Assembly (NCBI GenBank): GCA_012841635.1
Contig: DUUJ01000123.1
Span: forward strand, 23,902-87,901
Length of the DNA: 64,000 nt
Direction: 5' to 3'
Source of the DNA: Clostridiales bacterium
GTDB taxonomy: Bacteria; Bacillota; Clostridia; Oscillospirales; CAG-272
The notes under the pieces are model-generated. The model was not told the origin of the DNA. It ran no database searches and saw nothing but the letters and a program-made list of their open reading frames with translations. Both the position numbers and the translations under genes were made by a program. Shown in pieces: positions 59,093 through 64,000 of the stretch (position 1 is its first letter; each line of letters starts with the position of its first letter).

Positions 59093-59938
59093 TTATTTTT
59101 TTCCGCTCAATCTGACCTTGCTGTCAAAAATAACAAACCCTTGTGTTATATCGCTGACATTTACGGTGCCCTTCAGATTGTCGGTGCTGAATTCGTCTTC
59201 GAAGGTATCTATTATTTTACGCACAAGTTCAAGCTTAACATTCAGGTTATCGCTTTTTCCGAATTCGATGCGGTATTGGTGGTTGTATATAAAGAACATA
59301 TCGAATTTATCGTTCATGTTGATCGAAGAGATCAGCATTGACATATTCGACTCATACAGCGTTTCTATGACCTTCCCGACGTTTTCAAAATCGCTTGCGC
59401 GCTTGAAAACAATTTCGGTACCGGTTACTGCATATGCCACGGGCGGCAGTGTCACATGACAAAGTCCCCTGTAATCAAGATCCGATTCTCTCTCGACACA
59501 TTCAAGCAATCTGAGTTTATGTGACAGTACGAAGTATCTTCCGGCTATTTCGGTGTAATAAGCTCCGGAGTCATCTTCGACCTTGAGTGTAAGAGTCGAG
59601 GGGAATACCTTCCCTATCTTGACGTTTTTAAGATAAGGGTAAGTTAACTTGAGCTGATAAGCGACGGTTTCCGAATCGAGTCCGAAAATACTCGCTCCCT
59701 GATATCTGCCGAATACCGAAGCCGCAATATCGTCATTTGAATAGAGAGCGCTTCCTTCGACCGAAACCGATTTAATCCTGAACAGCAAAAAATACATCAA
59801 GGATATGAGGAGAGACAGCACCGCAACGGTCATAACCGAGAAAAGTATCAGTTCTTTTACACGGTCGCGGATCTTTTTGCGTCCGGCTTTTTCAAAATTC
59901 TCCCTGAGAACCCGATCGCCGAGTTCAACTTTTTCCAT
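59093..59938 (-). CDS. ftsQ: cell division protein FtsQ/DivIB (POTRA domain)
   Basis: 281 aa with a GGAGG SD and a single N-terminal TM. The POTRA-like block is IKSVSVEGSALYSNDDI...LKNVKIGKVFPSTLTLKVED. It sits between murG and ftsZ. Confidence 0.8.
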   Translation of the reverse strand: MEKVELGDRVLRENFEKAGRKKIRDRVKELILFSVMTVAVLSLLISLMYFLLFRIKSVSVEGSALYSNDDIAASVFGRYQGASIFGLDSETVAYQLKLTYPYLKNVKIGKVFPSTLTLKVEDDSGAYYTEIAGRYFVLSHKLRLLECVERESDLDYRGLCHVTLPPVAYAVTGTEIVFKRASDFENVGKVIETLYESNMSMLISSINMNDKFDMFFIYNHQYRIEFGKSDNLNVKLELVRKIIDTFEDEFSTDNLKGTVNVSDITQGFVIFDSKVRLSGKK

Positions 59939-59978
59939 GCGGCAGCCTCCTCTCAGATGAATTTAAGGCTTTTGAAAA

Positions 59979-61091
59979 TCAGTTTTGTTTTGCAAGTTCC
60001 GAAAGCCCTGTGTATATTCTTTCGGAGGCATCGTTTACGGCAAACTGCGATATTCTGTCTGCCATATTTTTTCTTTTTTCGGAATCGGATGCAAGAGAGC
60101 GAACGGCTTCGGTAAGTTTTCCTTCCGTCAGTTCGCTTTCCTGAAACACAAGCGCCGCTCCCTTATCCGCAAGCACCTTTGCGTTCTTATACTGATGGTT
60201 ATCCGCAACATTAGGTGACGGTATCAGAATACAGGCTTTTTTCATCAGGGCAAGCTCGGAAAGAGTCATCGCTCCGGCGCGGCAGATTACTATATCTGCG
60301 GCTGCCATTTCCTGAGGCATATTATAAATATATTCAACAAGATTCAGGTTGGGGTATTTATCCAGCCCCATATCCTTGAATTGCACCGAAGCTATTGGCC
60401 ATTCTATGGCGCCTGTGGCGTGCAAATGCCTCACATTCGGCTCTTTTGAAGAATAGTCCCTCATCACGGCAAGAATCTCGTTATTCACCTGCTCGGCGCC
60501 CATAGAGCCGCCGTAGGAAAGAATGCAGACGGTGTCGCCGTCAATTCCGAGCTCTTGTCTTGCCGCTTCCCTGTCCTGCATCTCAAAGGCTCCGCGCATC
60601 GGATTGCCTACTCGTTCCGCTTTATATGGATATTTCAGGGCTTTCTTTGTTTCTTCAAAATTGATGAAGATACGATCCGCGTCTTTTTCAAGCATTTTGA
60701 CCGCGAAGCCGGGTATGGCATTAGACTCGTGGAGAGCTGTCGGAATTCCGAGCTTGTGAGCTGCTTTTACCACCGGCCAGCAGGCATAACCGCCTGTCCC
60801 GACGACTATATCCGGAGCAAGCTTGCGCAGCAGCTTTTTGGCTTTAAAAACCGAAGTTACGGTCAGCCAGGCCGTTTTCAGATTGGATAAGGAGAATTTA
60901 CGCTTAAGTCCCTGTATTTCGACATGATAAAGGGTATATCCGGCAAGAGGCACCAGCTTATTCTCTATTCCTTTCGGAGTTCCGATATAGCTGATTTCGG
61001 AATCGGGTTCGTGCGCCTTAACGGTGCCGGCTATCGCAAGCGCGGGGTTGACGTGGCCTCCCGTGCCTCCTCCGGACAAAACTATTTTCAT
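59979..61091 (-). CDS. murG: UDP-N-acetylglucosamine--lipid I GlcNAc transferase MurG
   Basis: MKIVLSGGGTGGHVNPALAIA is the canonical MurG N-terminus. The gene is 370 aa. Confidence 0.93.
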   Translation of the reverse strand: MKIVLSGGGTGGHVNPALAIAGTVKAHEPDSEISYIGTPKGIENKLVPLAGYTLYHVEIQGLKRKFSLSNLKTAWLTVTSVFKAKKLLRKLAPDIVVGTGGYACWPVVKAAHKLGIPTALHESNAIPGFAVKMLEKDADRIFINFEETKKALKYPYKAERVGNPMRGAFEMQDREAARQELGIDGDTVCILSYGGSMGAEQVNNEILAVMRDYSSKEPNVRHLHATGAIEWPIASVQFKDMGLDKYPNLNLVEYIYNMPQEMAAADIVICRAGAMTLSELALMKKACILIPSPNVADNHQYKNAKVLADKGAALVFQESELTEGKLTEAVRSLASDSEKRKNMADRISQFAVNDASERIYTGLSELAKQN

Positions 61092-61117
61092 ATATTCTGC
61101 CGCCTTTGGTTATATTT

Positions 61118-62428
61118 TCAACTTCGCCGTTCATAGGTATATTTCGACATGCAAAGAAGTATTCCCATTTCCGCGACCTGCATCGCGGTTGAAGTGCCTC
61201 CGCAGGAAAAGAAGGGCAGCGCAATACCGGTATTCGGGAAAAGATTTGTTACAACAAGCATATTAAGGGCTGCCTGGAAGCCGATATGTGTGGTTATTCC
61301 GACTACCGTCAGCGCAGAGAAGGTGTCCGGCATCCTTGAAGCTATCTTATAGCCCCGCCAGACAAAAAGAATAAAAAGTATTATGACCGATGCGGCGCCG
61401 ATTAGTCCGAGTTCTTCACAGATAATCGGAAAGATAAAGTCGTTCTGAGGCTGTGAAACAAACATATATTTCTGACGGCTGTTTCCGAGCCCGACCCCGA
61501 AAATACCCCCGGAGCCGATTGCATTTAGCCCCTGAATAGTCTGCCATACGTCATCAAGTGAACTGTATTTTTCGGGGTTCAGCCAGGTGTCGACTCTTTT
61601 TGCCGCATAATCCCAGTTTTGTATGACAATGGCAAGAACGGTTGTTCCGAACAATCCGGTAAATAATATCCAGATAAGCTCACATCCGCCGACGAATATT
61701 ATTGCAAAACCGATTATGAAGATAATCGCGGTTCCGGAGATGTGCTTTTCAAGCAACACGAGTGCGCAGACAACCAACAACATTCCGAACGGCAGCACTG
61801 CGCCGTATACCAGCGATGCGCCTTTGTTCTGATAGTCGATTACGTTCTTACCGAACCTCTCCATATACAATGCAAGGAAGAGGATAATCATGATTTTCAT
61901 GAACTCGGAGGGCTGTATCGATATGCCGCCGATACTCAGCCAACGCTGCGCCACACCCTGCGATATTCCGACTATCGGAACTATGGCGAGCAGCAATACC
62001 GCAAGCAGCATTCCGGGAATAACGAACTTGGTTATTGTCCTGTAATCCATCCGGATAAGGATAATCATCGCGATAAAGCCGAGCGCTACCGCAACCAGCT
62101 GACGCTTGATAAAATAATAGCTGTCTCCGGTTTTTACAAGAGAATAAGCATAACTGGCGCTGAATGCCATGATTAACCCGTAACCTATCAGAACAAGTAT
62201 TATCACCAGCATCGGACGGTCGATGCCGCCCTGTATTCTGACGATATCACCGCTGCGGATAAAAGCGTTTCTGACTCCGGACACAGGCTTTGAAGACAGC
62301 GGTTTCGCGGTTTTCGAAGGAGATGCCGGAGAAGTTTTCCTGCCGCCGGCATGCGGCGGCTGACCGCCTTCCGGGCGGCGGAGGGGCCGTATATTGTTAC
62401 GGCGGTCAATATTATTATCTCTGTTCAT
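61118..62428 (-). CDS. ftsW: FtsW/SpoVE (SEDS family) peptidoglycan polymerase with an N-terminal basic tail
   Basis: Polytopic. SEDS blocks: QPSEFMKI, LPNTGIALPFFSCGGTS. The first roughly 70 aa are Arg/Pro/Ser-rich and non-hydrophobic. Confidence 0.88.
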   Translation of the reverse strand: MNRDNNIDRRNNIRPLRRPEGGQPPHAGGRKTSPASPSKTAKPLSSKPVSGVRNAFIRSGDIVRIQGGIDRPMLVIILVLIGYGLIMAFSASYAYSLVKTGDSYYFIKRQLVAVALGFIAMIILIRMDYRTITKFVIPGMLLAVLLLAIVPIVGISQGVAQRWLSIGGISIQPSEFMKIMIILFLALYMERFGKNVIDYQNKGASLVYGAVLPFGMLLVVCALVLLEKHISGTAIIFIIGFAIIFVGGCELIWILFTGLFGTTVLAIVIQNWDYAAKRVDTWLNPEKYSSLDDVWQTIQGLNAIGSGGIFGVGLGNSRQKYMFVSQPQNDFIFPIICEELGLIGAASVIILFILFVWRGYKIASRMPDTFSALTVVGITTHIGFQAALNMLVVTNLFPNTGIALPFFSCGGTSTAMQVAEMGILLCMSKYTYERRS

Positions 62429-62454
62429 TTTTCATAAACCGTCTTTAACGGACA

Positions 62455-63444
62455 TCAGAGTCCGAACCAGGCTATCAAACAGGTTATTGCGGTAAATGCG
62501 GAAAAAACGGCGGTTACCTTTATTTCGCTCCAGCCGCATTTTTCGAAATGATGGTGGATCGGAGCCATTTTAAAGAGGCGCTTGCCGTGTGTCAATTTAA
62601 AATACGCTACCTGAAGCAATACCGACATACATTCGATTATATAAATCAGCCCGACTAAAAGCAAGATCAGCAGGTTGTCAAGCAGGAAAGCGCAGCCGAC
62701 TACGAGCCCGCCTAAAAAAAGAGAACCGGTATCACCCATGAAGACACGGGCGGGATAGAAGTTATATACGAGAAAACCGAGCGCCGAACCGAGCATAAGC
62801 CCGGAAAGAGCGGCTGCTGCACCGTCTCCTGCTTTTATCGATGCCGCCGTAAAGAATACAGCTACGACCGCTACAATCGAAGAGCAAAGACCGTCGAGAC
62901 CGTCGCTGAAATTCACTCCGTTGTTGATGCCGGTAAGCGCGATTATCGCTATCACGTAGTAAAACCAGCCTAAATCGACTTCTCTTCCCAAAAAAGGAAT
63001 CGGAACAATTGTATCGATAAAGCCGAAAATGCGCATTGCGGCGACATAAGCTATTGCTATGCCGAACTGCAGGGCATATTTCTGCGCCGCCGTAAGACCT
63101 TCGTTCCGGTTATGGGCAAATTTGGTGCGGTCATCCAGCCAGCCGGCAAGACCGTAAGCTGACGCCATAAGGTAGGTGATCAGAAGCGGCGGGAGTATGG
63201 TTCCGTTTCCGGTTATCAAGGCAATCGCTGCCACGGCAACAAAAGCAATGGCTGAGCCGGTGATAAAACTGAGACCGCCCATTGTCGGAGTTCCTTCTTT
63301 GCTTTTATGCCAGCGGGGACCTATGTCGAGTATTTTCTGTCCGAGTTTTTTGCTTTTCAGATACGGGATAAGACGCCTGAGGATAAGCACGGTTCCCAAA
63401 AATGTGATCAGACACGCAGCGAGCCAAAGTATGACGGAATTCAT
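62455..63444 (-). CDS. mraY: phospho-N-acetylmuramoyl-pentapeptide transferase MraY
   Basis: Blocks KEGTPTMGG, NGVNFSDGLDGL and PIHHHFE. The start overlaps the murF stop (ATGA). Confidence 0.94.
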   Translation of the reverse strand: MNSVILWLAACLITFLGTVLILRRLIPYLKSKKLGQKILDIGPRWHKSKEGTPTMGGLSFITGSAIAFVAVAAIALITGNGTILPPLLITYLMASAYGLAGWLDDRTKFAHNRNEGLTAAQKYALQFGIAIAYVAAMRIFGFIDTIVPIPFLGREVDLGWFYYVIAIIALTGINNGVNFSDGLDGLCSSIVAVVAVFFTAASIKAGDGAAAALSGLMLGSALGFLVYNFYPARVFMGDTGSLFLGGLVVGCAFLLDNLLILLLVGLIYIIECMSVLLQVAYFKLTHGKRLFKMAPIHHHFEKCGWSEIKVTAVFSAFTAITCLIAWFGL

Positions 63445-64000
63445 TTTATATCACCGCCTTTGAAAATCGCCGCTGAACGCTCAAGCTCCATCGCCCGGCT
63501 GCCTTTTATCAGCACAGAGTCACCTGTCTTCAAAACTTCTCTCATGAGTATACCGGCTTCCGCGGCGTCATTGCAGCGGAAGACCGAACCTGATAACAAA
63601 CCGCCCGCCACAGCGCTGTCTGCTATATCAAGAGCTTCGTAGCCGACCGCAATCAGCAGATCGAGCGGCAGAGCTGCGGCTGCTTCGCCGACCTTGCGGT
63701 GAAGATCGGAGGAGTAATTTCCAAGCTCATACATATTGCCGAGCACCGCGCACATCCGCCCGCCTTTTTTATCGGCTAATCCGCGCAATACTTCAAGAGA
63801 GGCGAGCATCGATTCGGGGGAGGCGTTATAACAATCTTCTATGACTGTGATTCCGGAGAATTCATATATATTCTGTCTCATCGCCGCGGGACTGTATTCA
63901 GTAAGGCCTTTGCGGATGCTGTCTTCATCAATGTCATGCAGCAGTCCGGCGCAGAAGGCATAGGCTGCGTCAAGGGCGGTATGACGGCCGTGAGTGGGTA
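63441..64000 (-). CDS. murF: UDP-MurNAc-tripeptide--D-Ala-D-Ala ligase MurF, N-terminus cut by window edge
   Basis: The track ORF 63441..63881 starts at an internal Met. My translation of 63882-64000 in the same frame has no stop (...PTHGRHTALDAAYAFCAGLLHDIDEDSIRKGLTEYSPAAMRQ). The C-terminal domain block IEDCYNASPESM is typical of MurF. Confidence 0.88.
   Translation of the reverse strand, partial: PTHGRHTALDAAYAFCAGLLHDIDEDSIRKGLTEYSPAAMRQNIYEFSGITVIEDCYNASPESMLASLEVLRGLADKKGGRMCAVLGNMYELGNYSSDLHRKVGEAAAALPLDLLIAVGYEALDIADSAVAGGLLSGSVFRCNDAAEAGILMREVLKTGDSVLIKGSRAMELERSAAIFKGGDIK

Overview
The window looks like core chromosome of a moderate-GC Bacillota, probably a Clostridia or Oscillospirales-type organism; that assignment is inferred from gene content and order only. 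I support 53 protein genes and one tRNA-Gly(UCC). I see no rRNA, CRISPR array, transposase, phage block or recognisable defence system.

Gene blocks, left to right:
- dgt-dnaG-rpoD, with rpoD cut by the left edge
- yigZ, hflX and rpmE
- an accessory carbohydrate-type region, which holds four paralogous orphan solute-binding lipoproteins, two Gfo/Idh/MocA oxidoreductases, a CPBP protease, a double GNAT, a GH2 beta-galactosidase, a stand-alone ACP and a cotH plus discoidin surface-protein operon
- rsuA, tex and the tRNA-Gly
- a TIM-barrel isomerase, a beta-lactamase-fold hydrolase, feoAB, an S11 carboxypeptidase and a Xer-type recombinase
- radA, a DUF2207 gene, xpt and a GH99-like gene
- the conserved yicC-remA-gmk-rpoZ-priA-def-fmt-rsmB block
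- two exporter-type ABC genes, a DUF1015 gene and an SDR gene
- a compact dcw cluster, murF-mraY-ftsW-murG-ftsQ-ftsZ, with murF cut by the right edge

The ORF track uses alternative start codons, so several ORFs were trimmed to internal ATGs that have Shine-Dalgarno (SD) sites.

I find no convincing multi-gene novel system. The most unusual locus is 53845-55236, with its upstream region to 55601. It encodes a cytoplasmic XRE helix-turn-helix protein fused to 18 uninterrupted 15-residue repeats that carry an in-register column of 14 cysteines. Upstream of its promoter lies a cluster of TCAACC/GGTTGA palindromes.

Secondary leads:
- the four permease-less solute-binding paralogues
- the monocistronic ACP with an SSL variant of the carrier motif, next to the membrane-anchored CotH and discoidin pair
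- a roughly 205-nt leader behind an exact consensus promoter, in front of a small unknown ORF

All promoters, terminators and RNA pairings were found by eye. None has been tested by computation.
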